Shown: in pieces, positions 51,408 to 60,520 of the stretch
Layout of the letters: each line of letters starts with the position of its first letter
Position numbering within the stretch: the stretch's first letter is position 1
NCBI GenBank assembly: GCA_037190965.1
Contig: JBBCKI010000002.1
Location: 32,001-96,000 of the forward strand
Origin: Chthoniobacteraceae bacterium
Lineage (GTDB): Bacteria > Verrucomicrobiota > Verrucomicrobiia > Chthoniobacterales > Chthoniobacteraceae
Direction: 5' to 3'
DNA length: 64,000 bases
Translations under genes and position numbers: made by a program
Notes under the pieces: model-generated
Told to the model about the DNA's origin: nothing
Databases searched by the model: none
What the model saw: the letters and a program-made list of their open reading frames with translations, nothing else

Positions 51408-51774
51408 GAACCAACTTCTGGGTGGAATGCTGCTTATCGTCAGTCACGACTGTCAATCTCCGGGCCTGCACCCCGCTCATCTTGGCGTGATTGAACACGG
51501 CCTCGATCACACCCGCATCCCCGGGTTGATAGACGACCTTGTCGGCTTCAGCCCGGAAGCAGCCGCAGCAGGACCGGATGTTCTTGATCTTGACCGGATA
51601 ACTTCCGGCGTTTTTGAAGATAAACTTCACCGTCGTCTGGTTGCTCCCGGCTTCCGCCTTGAGATCCAGATCAGGCTTCTCCCAGGCCAACTGCGCCTGC
51701 GCCGAGGCCGCAAAACCGAGGAAAAGGACTGATGCCGCCAACGCAAAAGGAACCGAAAATTTGAGCTTGCTCAT
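51388..51774 (-). CDS. DUF1573 Ig-like exported protein
   Basis: Signal peptide; FIFKNAG, SCCGC, PGDAGVI. Confidence 0.78.
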   Translation of the reverse strand: MSKLKFSVPFALAASVLFLGFAASAQAQLAWEKPDLDLKAEAGSNQTTVKFIFKNAGSYPVKIKNIRSCCGCFRAEADKVVYQPGDAGVIEAVFNHAKMSGVQARRLTVVTDDKQHSTQKLVLNLTIP

Positions 51775-51843
51775 AAGATTCTTGTTCACCCGGTTCGCCT
51801 TTGGCGACAAGCCAAATACCGATCCCGCACCCTGATCAAAAGC

Positions 51844-52743
51844 TCAGCGTTTCCACTGCTCGAACGGGTGCGCCTGCCCGCAATCAGGGCACGCAGTACC
51901 GGCAAACACCCGCTCGCAGGCAGGGCAGGCTCCGCCGGTTTCAAAAGTGTCGAAGGGCTCCTGACAATCTCCACAGGTCCACAAGGCCGCGCGCGGCGGG
52001 TGAACGCGACAGCCGGGACAACTGAAGCTGTTATGCCGGGGCCATGATTCAGCCCGCGCAAGAGCCTTGGCTTCCTGAAAACCATTCCATGACCGGCTGA
52101 GAGCAAAGAACGCGAGGATGCCAATCCAGGGGGACATCTCATAAAGAGCCCACGCAATGAAGCCTGCACTCCCAAGCAGCCCGATGGCGCTCGCCACCGT
52201 CAAGCTCTTGGCGCGGCCCAAGGGAAACCAGAGAAGAGCGCGAAGGATCTGCCCGCCGTCGAGCGGGTAAATCGGCAGCATGTTGAAGATCAACAACACC
52301 GTGTTGATCAGTTGAAGCCGGGTGATGAGCTGGTAAGTCGCGGGAGCATCCCCCGGCAACCCGAAGCTTTTCGCGAGCGCAACCAGCACGAGAAAGACCG
52401 GCACCAGCACCAGATTGACGAGAGGACCCGCCGCGATGCTCCAGAGGATCGGGCCGGGACGCGGGGGTGGGCTGACGTAGGCGACGCCGCCCAATGGCCA
52501 GAGGATGATCTCCCGGGCGGAGCCCCCCACCTGGCGGCATGCGAGGGAGTGCCCGAACTCGTGCATCAGCACCAGCCCGAAAAGCCCGATATACTCCGCC
52601 GCGGCCCAGATCAGCGAACCCGAGTAGGCGGAACGGCGGTCGAGCTGCCAGGCGGCAACGAGAAACCACGACCAGTGGAGGAAGACAGTGATCCCGAAGG
52701 CATCAAAGAGACGATACGAGTTACGGGAGCCGGGAGCCATCAT
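51844..52743 (-). CDS. Site-2 protease (M50) with C-terminal Cys-rich zinc-ribbon
   Basis: HEFGH, AGPLVN, NMLPIYPLDGG; four CxxC pairs at the C-terminus. Confidence 0.88.
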   Translation of the reverse strand: MMAPGSRNSYRLFDAFGITVFLHWSWFLVAAWQLDRRSAYSGSLIWAAAEYIGLFGLVLMHEFGHSLACRQVGGSAREIILWPLGGVAYVSPPPRPGPILWSIAAGPLVNLVLVPVFLVLVALAKSFGLPGDAPATYQLITRLQLINTVLLIFNMLPIYPLDGGQILRALLWFPLGRAKSLTVASAIGLLGSAGFIAWALYEMSPWIGILAFFALSRSWNGFQEAKALARAESWPRHNSFSCPGCRVHPPRAALWTCGDCQEPFDTFETGGACPACERVFAGTACPDCGQAHPFEQWKR

Positions 52744-52818
52744 TTATCACGATATAGTAACTGAATTGGAAGTCGAAAACTGTTCGCATTTCGCCGGAGT
52801 TCATCTTAGCCTGAGCGC

Positions 52819-53424
52819 ATGAAACACGGCAAACTTATCGCATTGACGTTCTTGACGGCGGTTTCGGCTCACCTGGCACTCCCAGCGTCGGCTCTCGCCG
52901 CGCCCGAGACTTACGAGATCGACTCGGCCCACTCAAGCATCGGTTTCAAGGTGAAGCACCTTTTCTCCTACGTCACCGGGCGCTTTGACACCGTGGAGGG
53001 TGTCATCGTCCTCGACCCCGATAAGCCAGAGGCCTCCACGGTTAACGTGAGCATCAAGGCCGACAGCATCAACACCGCCAACGCCAAACGCGACGCTCAC
53101 CTCAAAACGGAGGATTTCTTCGCCGTCGAGAAACACCCGGTCCTCACCTTCGCCAGCAAGAGCGTGCAGAAGACCGGGGATGACACCGCCGACGTGATTG
53201 GCGACCTGACGATGCACGGCGTCACCAAGGAGGTGCCGCTCAAGGTGCAGTTCCTCGGCAAAGGCCCCGGCATGCAGGGCGAAACCCGTAGCGGCTTCCA
53301 GGCCACCACGTCGCTCAAGCGGAGCGAATTCGGCCTGACCTGGGGCAAGGTGGTCGAAGGCACCCAACTGGTGGGCGACGACGTGATCATCAACCTCGAA
53401 GTCGAGGGCGTCAAAAAACCTTAA
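52819..53424 (+). CDS. YceI-family polyisoprenoid-binding periplasmic protein
   Basis: Signal peptide; IDSAHSSIGFKVKH, RDAHLKTEDFF, LTMHGVTKEV. Confidence 0.92.
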   Translation: MKHGKLIALTFLTAVSAHLALPASALAAPETYEIDSAHSSIGFKVKHLFSYVTGRFDTVEGVIVLDPDKPEASTVNVSIKADSINTANAKRDAHLKTEDFFAVEKHPVLTFASKSVQKTGDDTADVIGDLTMHGVTKEVPLKVQFLGKGPGMQGETRSGFQATTSLKRSEFGLTWGKVVEGTQLVGDDVIINLEVEGVKKP

Positions 53425-53471
53425 TTTTTCCCAAAAACAACCTGACGATAACTGACGAACCTTAAAAAACG

Positions 53472-54299
53472 ATGGCTTCTGATTTGTTTGATCTGACCGG
53501 CGAAGTGGCAGTGGTAATCGGCGCGACGGGGGTGCTTGGCGGGGCATTGGCCGAAGGGCTGGCCCGCGCGGGTGCCCGCGTGGCCGTTCTGGGCCGCAAC
53601 GCGGAGCGCGGCAATGCGTGCGTGCAGAGGATTACGCAATGCGCCCCTGCCGACGGCGGAGAACGGGCGCGCTTCTTTGCAGCCGACGCGGCCGATCGCG
53701 CAAGCCTCGCGGCGGCTCGCGAGGCGGTGGAAGCCGCCTTCGGCCCTGTCACGGTGCTCGTCAACGCGGCGGGCGGCAATGATCCCAAGGTGACCGTCAC
53801 GCCCGAGCGGCCTTTCGAAACCATCGAGGCGGGCGACTGGAAAGCGGCCTTCGACCTCAACCTCGTCGGCGGCGCGCTGCTGCCGTGCCAGGAGTTTGGC
53901 CCCGCGATGGTCAAACAAGGCAAGGGAAGCATCATCAATATCGCCAGCGTTTCCGCACATCTTCCGCTGTCCCGGGTGGTGGCGTATTCGTCGGCAAAGG
54001 CAGCGGTACTTAACCTCACTCAGTTCCTCTCCCGCGAATGGGCGCAGAGCGGCGTCCGGGTCAATTCGATCACCCCGGGGTTCTTCCCAGCGGAACAGAA
54101 TCGCCGCCTTCTCTTCAACGAAGACGGCACCCCGACGCCGCGCGCGCAGTCGATCCTCGGGCACACGCCCGCGGGCCGCTTCGGCGAGGCGCAGGAATTG
54201 ATCGGCGCGGCCGTCTTTCTCGCCAGCCAGCGAGCGAGCGGTTTTGTGACCGGCATCGACCTCCGGGTTGACGGCGGTTTCCTCTCGCAGACGATCTAA
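53472..54299 (+). CDS. SDR oxidoreductase, fructuronate/mannonate (UxuB-like SDR) or gluconate dehydrogenase type
   Basis: GATGVLG, NAAGGN, PLSRVVAYSSAK, PGFFPAEQNR, TPAGRFG. Confidence 0.82.
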   Translation: MASDLFDLTGEVAVVIGATGVLGGALAEGLARAGARVAVLGRNAERGNACVQRITQCAPADGGERARFFAADAADRASLAAAREAVEAAFGPVTVLVNAAGGNDPKVTVTPERPFETIEAGDWKAAFDLNLVGGALLPCQEFGPAMVKQGKGSIINIASVSAHLPLSRVVAYSSAKAAVLNLTQFLSREWAQSGVRVNSITPGFFPAEQNRRLLFNEDGTPTPRAQSILGHTPAGRFGEAQELIGAAVFLASQRASGFVTGIDLRVDGGFLSQTI

Positions 54300-54330
54300 T
54301 CCGATCCAATCCCCTTCCCCACCCATCCCC

Positions 54331-55608
54331 ATGTCCGTTATCTCCCGCACCTCGACAACGTCCGTTACCGCCGAAGAAACCGCCTCCGCGATTGCCGAAG
54401 CGTTTCCCGCCAAGGACTTCCGCGACAAACGTGTATTGGTCATCATCCCCGATGCGACACGCACCGCGCCCGTCGGTCTTCTGTTTGCCACGCTGCACCG
54501 GCAGATCGCCGCCGCAACGAGCGCGTTCGACATCATGATCGCGCTCGGCACGCATGCGCCGATGAGCGAGGCGGCCATTTGCGAACGGCTGGAGATTTCG
54601 CGCGAGGAACGCAGTTCGACCTATTCCAAGGTACAGTTCTTCAACCACGAATGGGACAACCCCGAGGCGCTGCGCGATCTCGGCACCATTCCGGCATCGG
54701 AGATCAACGAACTCTCGGGCGGGCTGTTCGCGATGGATGTGCCGGTGCATATCAACAAGCGGCTCTTCGATTACGACCAGATCGTCATCATCGGCCCGGT
54801 GTTCCCGCATGAAGTCGTCGGCTGCTCGGGCGGCAACAAGTACCTCTTCCCCGGCGTTTCCGGGCCGGAGATCCTGAACTTCTTCCACTGGCTGGGCGCG
54901 GTGATCACCAACCCGATGATCATCGGAAACAAGTGGACCCCCGTGCGCCGCGTCGTGGATCGCGCCGCCGCGATGGTCGACATCCCGAAGCTCTGCTGCT
55001 CGATGGTGGTCAACAAGACCGGCTTTGCGGGGCTCTTCATCGGCACGCCGGAGGAGTCGTGGGATCAGGCCAGCGAACTCTCCCGCGAGCTTCACATCGT
55101 TTACAAGGAGAAGCCCTTCCACACGATTCTCTCCTGCGCCCCCGCGATGTACGACGAGCTTTGGGTCGGCGGCAAATGCATGTACAAGCTCGAACCGGTG
55201 CTGGCCGACGGCGGCGAACTGATCATCTACGCGCCGCACATCAAAGAGATCTCCGTGGTGCATGGAAAACTGATCGAAGAGATCGGCTACCCTTGCCGCG
55301 ACTACTTCCTCAAGCAGTGGGACAAGTATAAAGACTACCCATGGGGCGTGGTGGCGCACTCCACCCACGTTCACGGCGTGGGGACTTATGAAAACGGCGT
55401 GGAGAAACGCCGCGCAATGGTGACCCTGGCGACCGGCATCCCGAAAGAGATCTGCGAGAAGGTGAACTTCGGCTATCGCGATCCCGCCACGATCCGCATG
55501 GAAGACTATGCCAATCGGGAGGACGAAGGCGTTCTCCTTGTGCCGAAGGCGGGCGAGATGCTCTACCAGCTCAGAGAGCCCGCGCCGTGGGCCAAGGGGA
55601 GCAACTAG
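54331..55608 (+). CDS. LarA-superfamily (nickel-pincer) alpha-hydroxyacid racemase/epimerase
   Basis: PDATRT, ALGTH, NHEW, PHEVVGCSGGNK, FFH, K-x-x-Y-K. Confidence 0.85.
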   Translation: MSVISRTSTTSVTAEETASAIAEAFPAKDFRDKRVLVIIPDATRTAPVGLLFATLHRQIAAATSAFDIMIALGTHAPMSEAAICERLEISREERSSTYSKVQFFNHEWDNPEALRDLGTIPASEINELSGGLFAMDVPVHINKRLFDYDQIVIIGPVFPHEVVGCSGGNKYLFPGVSGPEILNFFHWLGAVITNPMIIGNKWTPVRRVVDRAAAMVDIPKLCCSMVVNKTGFAGLFIGTPEESWDQASELSRELHIVYKEKPFHTILSCAPAMYDELWVGGKCMYKLEPVLADGGELIIYAPHIKEISVVHGKLIEEIGYPCRDYFLKQWDKYKDYPWGVVAHSTHVHGVGTYENGVEKRRAMVTLATGIPKEICEKVNFGYRDPATIRMEDYANREDEGVLLVPKAGEMLYQLREPAPWAKGSN

Positions 55609-55634
55609 CTCGTGACCAGAGGGACGACTCACGT

Positions 55635-55815
55635 CGAGAGGAAAGGCATAGGCGAGCGCCTTCGGCGTTACCGGCGTCGCGGAGCTCCGCCCTCCGTCGA
55701 TGGCGCTACCGCGCCAGTCTTCCACCCTCGTCCTGCGCGCGCTTGTCGCGCGATTCACCGGAGGGCGGAGCTCTGCGACGCCGCCCTTGGCCGCAGGCCC
55801 TCTTCTTTGTCTTTA
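55635..55815. repeat. Palindromic element family B, copy 2
   Basis: 25-bp inverted arms at 55672-55696 and 55759-55783 (24/25). Shares the internal CCTGCGCGCGCTTGYCGCGCG with copy 1. Confidence 0.8.
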
Positions 55816-55834
55816 AACATACCCCACTAGCGAC

Positions 55835-57292
55835 ATGGATCTGATTCTTGCCTTCGACATCGGCACTTCGTCACTGCGCACTTCGCTCTTTACCTCGAAT
55901 GCCGAGCGGCTGGTGCATACCACGGCGCAGGAAACCTATCCCCTTCACACCACACCCGACGGCGGGGCGGAGCTTACCCCCGCCCTCCTTCGCGAAGCGG
56001 CACTCCGTTGCCTGGAGGCGACGCTGCACACGCTGCGCCATGATAAATCATTGGCCGGGGCGCGGGTGGTGGGAATCGGCGCGTCGTGTTTCTGGCACAG
56101 CTTTGTCGGCATCGCCAGGGATAATACCGCCATCACGCCCGTGATTACATGGGCCGATTCCCGCTGCAAGGGAGACGCGGCGGCGTTGCGCGAAGAGTTT
56201 GACGAACGCGACACCCATGCCCGCACCGGGTGCATGTTGCGCGCCTCCTTCTGGCCCGCCAAGCTCGTCTGGTTGCAACGCGCGAAGCCGTCGCTTTTCA
56301 AAAAAGTACGCGAATGGATTTCCCCGGCGGAATGGCTCCAGCGCGAGCTTTGCGGCGAGGCGTTTTGCGCCTACGGCATGGCGACCGGCACCGGTCTTTT
56401 CAACCCGACCAAACTGGCATGGGTCCCCGGTCTGCTGGAACGCTGCCGCGTTACACCGGATCAGTTGGGGCAGCTCGGCGATACGCCCACGGAACTCCAG
56501 CCTGCGTGGGCGGCAAAGTTTCCCGAACTCGCGGGCGTTCCATGGTTCCCGGCCATCGGCGACGGCGCGGCAAGCAATCTCGGTTCCGGGGCGACAAGGC
56601 CCGGTCTCGCGGCGATCAACGTCGGCACCAGCGCCGCCCTTCGCGTCATGACGGAAGGAAGCCGCGCCCGCGCGCCGTTTGGCCTCTTCTGCTACCGGGT
56701 GGACGCCACGCGCTTCCTGATCGGCGGCGCGGTGAGCAACGCGGGAAACCTCCGGGCATGGTGCCTGAGGGAACTGCAACTCCCCACCGACGCGGTGGAA
56801 ATCGAGCGAGAACTCCAGGCCCGTTCGCGCCCGGAACATGGCCTTACCGTTCTTCCGTTCTGGACGGCGGAACGCGCTCCCACCTGGCGCGACGATGTGC
56901 AGGGTGCTGTCGCGGGCCTCACCCAAAGCACCACAGCCATGGATATTCTCCAGGCGACAACGGAAGCCGTCTACTATCGTATCGCCCGCATCGCGGAAAT
57001 GGTGATGAAACACGAGGGCTCGCAGCCGAAGTTCATTGTCTCCGGCGGTATCCAGAAATCGCCGGCCTCCATCGCGCGGCTGGCGAACATTCTCGACGCG
57101 CCGCTTTACGCCAACGACGAAGCCGAAGCCTCCATCCGGGGCGCGGCGGTTTTCGTGGCGGAGAAACTCGGGCTCTCCATCCCTCCCTTCAAAAACGGCA
57201 GGCCGGTGAAACCAAACCGGCGCAACGCCGCCGTTTACCGCGAACATCGTGCGACCCAGGAGAAGCTGGAGAGCTTGCTGACCGGGGCGTAG
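55835..57292 (+). CDS. gntK: FGGY-family sugar kinase, gluconokinase type
   Basis: DIGTSS, ITWADSR, ARTGC, GDGAASNLGSG, GTSAALR, GGAVSNAG, ERAP. Confidence 0.8.
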   Translation: MDLILAFDIGTSSLRTSLFTSNAERLVHTTAQETYPLHTTPDGGAELTPALLREAALRCLEATLHTLRHDKSLAGARVVGIGASCFWHSFVGIARDNTAITPVITWADSRCKGDAAALREEFDERDTHARTGCMLRASFWPAKLVWLQRAKPSLFKKVREWISPAEWLQRELCGEAFCAYGMATGTGLFNPTKLAWVPGLLERCRVTPDQLGQLGDTPTELQPAWAAKFPELAGVPWFPAIGDGAASNLGSGATRPGLAAINVGTSAALRVMTEGSRARAPFGLFCYRVDATRFLIGGAVSNAGNLRAWCLRELQLPTDAVEIERELQARSRPEHGLTVLPFWTAERAPTWRDDVQGAVAGLTQSTTAMDILQATTEAVYYRIARIAEMVMKHEGSQPKFIVSGGIQKSPASIARLANILDAPLYANDEAEASIRGAAVFVAEKLGLSIPPFKNGRPVKPNRRNAAVYREHRATQEKLESLLTGA

Positions 57293-57317
57293 AATTACGC
57301 CCCGTTCCCTTCCTCGC

Positions 57318-58655
57318 TTATTCGGCGGCCAGTTCCGCGGCCGCTTTTCTCATCCGTCTCACCGTCCGCTCGCGTCCGAGCACTTCCAGCATGTGGTAAA
57401 GGCTCGGGCCGACGGAGCGGCCGCTGACGGAGACGCGAGTAGGGTGGATCAGTTCGCCCGTCTTGACGCCCAGTTCCACGGCGGTCGCCTTGAGGGTCGC
57501 CTCTAGCGCTTCCACCGTCCAAGCGTCCAGCGCCTCGTAACGGGCCGCCAGCGCGTTGAGCCGCCCGGCCGCTCCCGGCTTGCGCAAAGTTTTCTCCACT
57601 GCTTCCGCGTCGAACTCCACCGCGTCGGAGAAGAAATAGCCGATCCATGCCGGAACTTCGTTCAAGTGCTTGATCTTCTCCTTTACGATCGCCAGCACCG
57701 GCTTGAGCGCGTCGGGCGAGCCGTAGGCAATCCCCGCCTTGTCGATGAAGGGGAGGCTCAATTCGGCGAACCGGTCGAGGCTCATCTGGAGGAGATACTG
57801 ACCGTTGATCCAGTAGCACTTATCAAGATCGAAAGAGGCGCTGCGCCGGTTGATCTTGGGAAGGTCGAAGAGGGAGATGATCTCGTCGATGTCGAGAACC
57901 TCGCGGTTATCCTTGGGCGACCAGCCGAGCAGGCAGAGGTAATTGCGAACCGCCTCGGGTGCATACCCCTGCTCAATATACCCCGCGATGGAGGCCCCCT
58001 GGTCGCGCTTGCTCATCTTGGAGCCGTCGCGATTGAGAATCAGCGGGATATGCGCAAAGCGGGGCGGCTCCACGCCGAGAGCCTGATAAAGCTCGATATG
58101 CTTCGGCGTGTTGGAGAGGTGATCCTCGCCGCGAATCACGTGCGTCATCTTCATCTCGATGTCGTCGACGACGTTGACGAAGTGGAAAATCCACCCCCCG
58201 TCCGGACGGCGGATGGTGATGTCCGGGTGCGTCATCGGGTTGGAGAGGTCGAAGGAAATCTTCCCGCAAACGAGATCTTCCAGCACGACCGTCTTCCGGG
58301 GTGAGCGGAAACGCCATGCGCCACCATCCTCATAAAGATGCCCGGCGGCTTTGAGCTGCTCGAAATAGCGGAGATAGACCGCCTCGCGCTCGCTCTGAAA
58401 ATAGGGGCCGTACTCGCCCTCGTTCTCCAACTGGGGGCCTTCATCCCAGTCGAGCCCCAGCCAACGGAGCCCGTCGTAAATCGCCTGGGTGGCTTCCACC
58501 GTGTTGCGCGCCTTGTCGGTATCCTCAATGCGCAAGATGAACTTGCCCCCGGTGTGCCGGGCGTAAAGCCAGTTGAACAGCGCGGTACGGGCGCCACCCA
58601 CATGAAGGTAGCCGGTGGGCGAAGGGGCGAAGCGAACACGAACGTTGGAACTCAT
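57318..58655 (-). CDS. gltX: Glutamate--tRNA ligase
   Basis: RFAPSPTGYLHVGG, RIEDTD, RGEDH, KMSKR. Confidence 0.95.
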   Translation of the reverse strand: MSSNVRVRFAPSPTGYLHVGGARTALFNWLYARHTGGKFILRIEDTDKARNTVEATQAIYDGLRWLGLDWDEGPQLENEGEYGPYFQSEREAVYLRYFEQLKAAGHLYEDGGAWRFRSPRKTVVLEDLVCGKISFDLSNPMTHPDITIRRPDGGWIFHFVNVVDDIEMKMTHVIRGEDHLSNTPKHIELYQALGVEPPRFAHIPLILNRDGSKMSKRDQGASIAGYIEQGYAPEAVRNYLCLLGWSPKDNREVLDIDEIISLFDLPKINRRSASFDLDKCYWINGQYLLQMSLDRFAELSLPFIDKAGIAYGSPDALKPVLAIVKEKIKHLNEVPAWIGYFFSDAVEFDAEAVEKTLRKPGAAGRLNALAARYEALDAWTVEALEATLKATAVELGVKTGELIHPTRVSVSGRSVGPSLYHMLEVLGRERTVRRMRKAAAELAAE

Positions 58656-58779
58656 AGGAACCCGCAATCTTGCACGAGACTCCGCGCTTTTTCACCCCTG
58701 ATTTTCGGATATTTTACGCTCAAAATTACCCACACCGGCTTGCACTTTTGTAACCGGCATCTAGGATGCGGCGAATTTT

Positions 58780-59880
58780 ATGTCCATCTGGAACTACGCC
58801 AACCCGCAGCTTCGTGAACTGATCTCCTACGAACCGGGTAAACCGGTGGAGGATGTGGCCCGCGAACTGGGGCTCAAGCCTTCGGAAATCATCAAGCTCG
58901 CTTCCAACGAAAACCCGCTGGGCCCCTCGCCCAAGGCGCTGGAAGCCATGCGCGAGGCACTGGAGCGTTCCCACTTTTACCCGGATGGCGGCGGCTACTA
59001 CCTGCGCGAAGCCATCGCGCAGAAGTTCGATCTCAAGCGCGAGAACGTCATCCTCGGCAACGGCTCGAACGAAATCATCGAATTTATCGGCAAAGGCTTC
59101 CTGAAACCGGGGGACGAGATCGTCACCGCGCGGCACTCTTTTGCCGTCTACAAGCTGATGGCCCAGCTCTTCGGCGCGAGAACCATCGAGGTGGACGACC
59201 CGCATTTCACGCATGACCTCACTGCCATGGCGGCCGCGATCACCCCGCGCACGAAGGAAGTTTTCGTCGCCAACCCCAACAACCCGACCGGCACCCTCGT
59301 CTCCCAAGCGGAGATCGACCGGTTTGTGGACCGCGTGCCGGAGCATGTGGTGATCGTCTTCGACGAGGCGTACTACGAGTTCCTCGACACCCCGCCGGAC
59401 ACTCTCAAGTTCATCCGCCAGGGCCGCCCCAACATCATTGTCTTGCGGACTTTCTCGAAGATTCAAGGGCTGGCCAGCCTTCGCATCGGCTACGGTCTCG
59501 GGAGCCCGGAGCTGGTTGATGTCCTCCAGAAGACACGCCAGCCCTTCAACGCCAACGGCATTGCCCAGGCGGGAGCTTTGGCCGGGTTGCTCGACGACGA
59601 GCACCAGCGCGCGACCCGCGAGTTGACCCACGAAGGACGCGACTACCTGCAAAGGAGCTTTGCCTCCCTGGGGCTCAAATTCGTCCCCAGCCAGGCGAAT
59701 TTCGTGCTCGTCAAAGTCGGCGACGGCAAGGCGCTTTTCCAGGCGCTGCTCAAACGCGGTGTAATCGTGCGCGACATGAATTCCTACGGCCTCCCCGAGT
59801 GGATCCGCGTCTCCATCGGCACGATGGAGCAGAACCGCCGTTTCATCCGGGAACTGAATCTGGTCCTCGGGTCGGCGTAA
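58780..59880 (+). CDS. hisC: Histidinol-phosphate aminotransferase
   Basis: YEPGKP, KLASNENP, GNGSNE, NPNNPTG, DEAY, RTFSK. Confidence 0.94.
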   Translation: MSIWNYANPQLRELISYEPGKPVEDVARELGLKPSEIIKLASNENPLGPSPKALEAMREALERSHFYPDGGGYYLREAIAQKFDLKRENVILGNGSNEIIEFIGKGFLKPGDEIVTARHSFAVYKLMAQLFGARTIEVDDPHFTHDLTAMAAAITPRTKEVFVANPNNPTGTLVSQAEIDRFVDRVPEHVVIVFDEAYYEFLDTPPDTLKFIRQGRPNIIVLRTFSKIQGLASLRIGYGLGSPELVDVLQKTRQPFNANGIAQAGALAGLLDDEHQRATRELTHEGRDYLQRSFASLGLKFVPSQANFVLVKVGDGKALFQALLKRGVIVRDMNSYGLPEWIRVSIGTMEQNRRFIRELNLVLGSA

Positions 59881-59900
59881 CCGAACGTCCATCGGCGATT

Positions 59901-60066
59901 GGTAGACCGCTCTCGCCGAGAGCGTGGGATTGATGATGAGCCACGTTTGACGCTCATCCCCGCCGGACGGGCCGAACGGGCTACTGCGATTGGGATGTGG
60001 CCTCATGAAGCATCGGAAGCTGATACCCGCGCTCGACGGCGCGAGCGGGCTACCGGTGCTGCCGCA
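59901..60066. repeat. REP-doublet/MITE-like element family A, copy 3
   Basis: GGTAGACCGCTCTCGCCGAGAGCGTGGG ... CCCGCGCTCGACGGCGCGAGCGGGCTACC, then GGTGCTGCCGCA. Confidence 0.85.
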
Positions 60067-60100
60067 TCCGTTACTCCGGCCCAAACCTTCAGAAATTTTT

Positions 60101-60142
60101 CATTTACATTTGTAATCAATTCAACGATTACAAATGTAAATG
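60101..60142 (+). promoter_or_regulatory. BlaI-type double operator
   Basis: TTACATTTGTAA (60104-60115) and TTACAAATGTAA (60128-60139), inside a perfect 17-bp inverted repeat that abuts the ATG. Confidence 0.85.
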
Positions 60143-60520
60143 GACAACACGCCGCGTATTTCTGACGCCGAGTGGCAGGTCATCAAAGTCATTTGGCAAC
60201 GACCAGGCATTTCCGCGCAGGAAATCATTGAGGAACTGGAGCACTCCTCGAGTTGGAGCCCGGCTACCATCAAGACGCTTCTCAATCGGCTCCTTAAAAA
60301 GAAGGCTCTTCGTTTTGAAAAAGAGGGCAAGGCGTATTGCTATCATGCGCTGGTCTCCGAAGAGGAATGCCGCCAGTCCGAATCGGACTCATTCCTTTCC
60401 CGCGTCTTCGACGGAGCGCTTTCCCCGATGCTCGCACACTTCATCCGCTCCAGGCCGTTGAGCGAGGAGGAACTGAACGAACTTGAATCGCTCGTTCGCC
60501 AAAAGAAGGGGAAGCCATGA
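60140..60520 (+). CDS. BlaI/MecI/CopY family repressor
   Basis: ISDAEWQVIKVIW, WSPATIKTLLNRLLKK. Confidence 0.93.
   Translation: MDNTPRISDAEWQVIKVIWQRPGISAQEIIEELEHSSSWSPATIKTLLNRLLKKKALRFEKEGKAYCYHALVSEEECRQSESDSFLSRVFDGALSPMLAHFIRSRPLSEEELNELESLVRQKKGKP

Noticed and set aside
53445..53462. CTGACGA direct repeat upstream of the SDR operon
   Set aside because: Too short and single-instance to call an operator.
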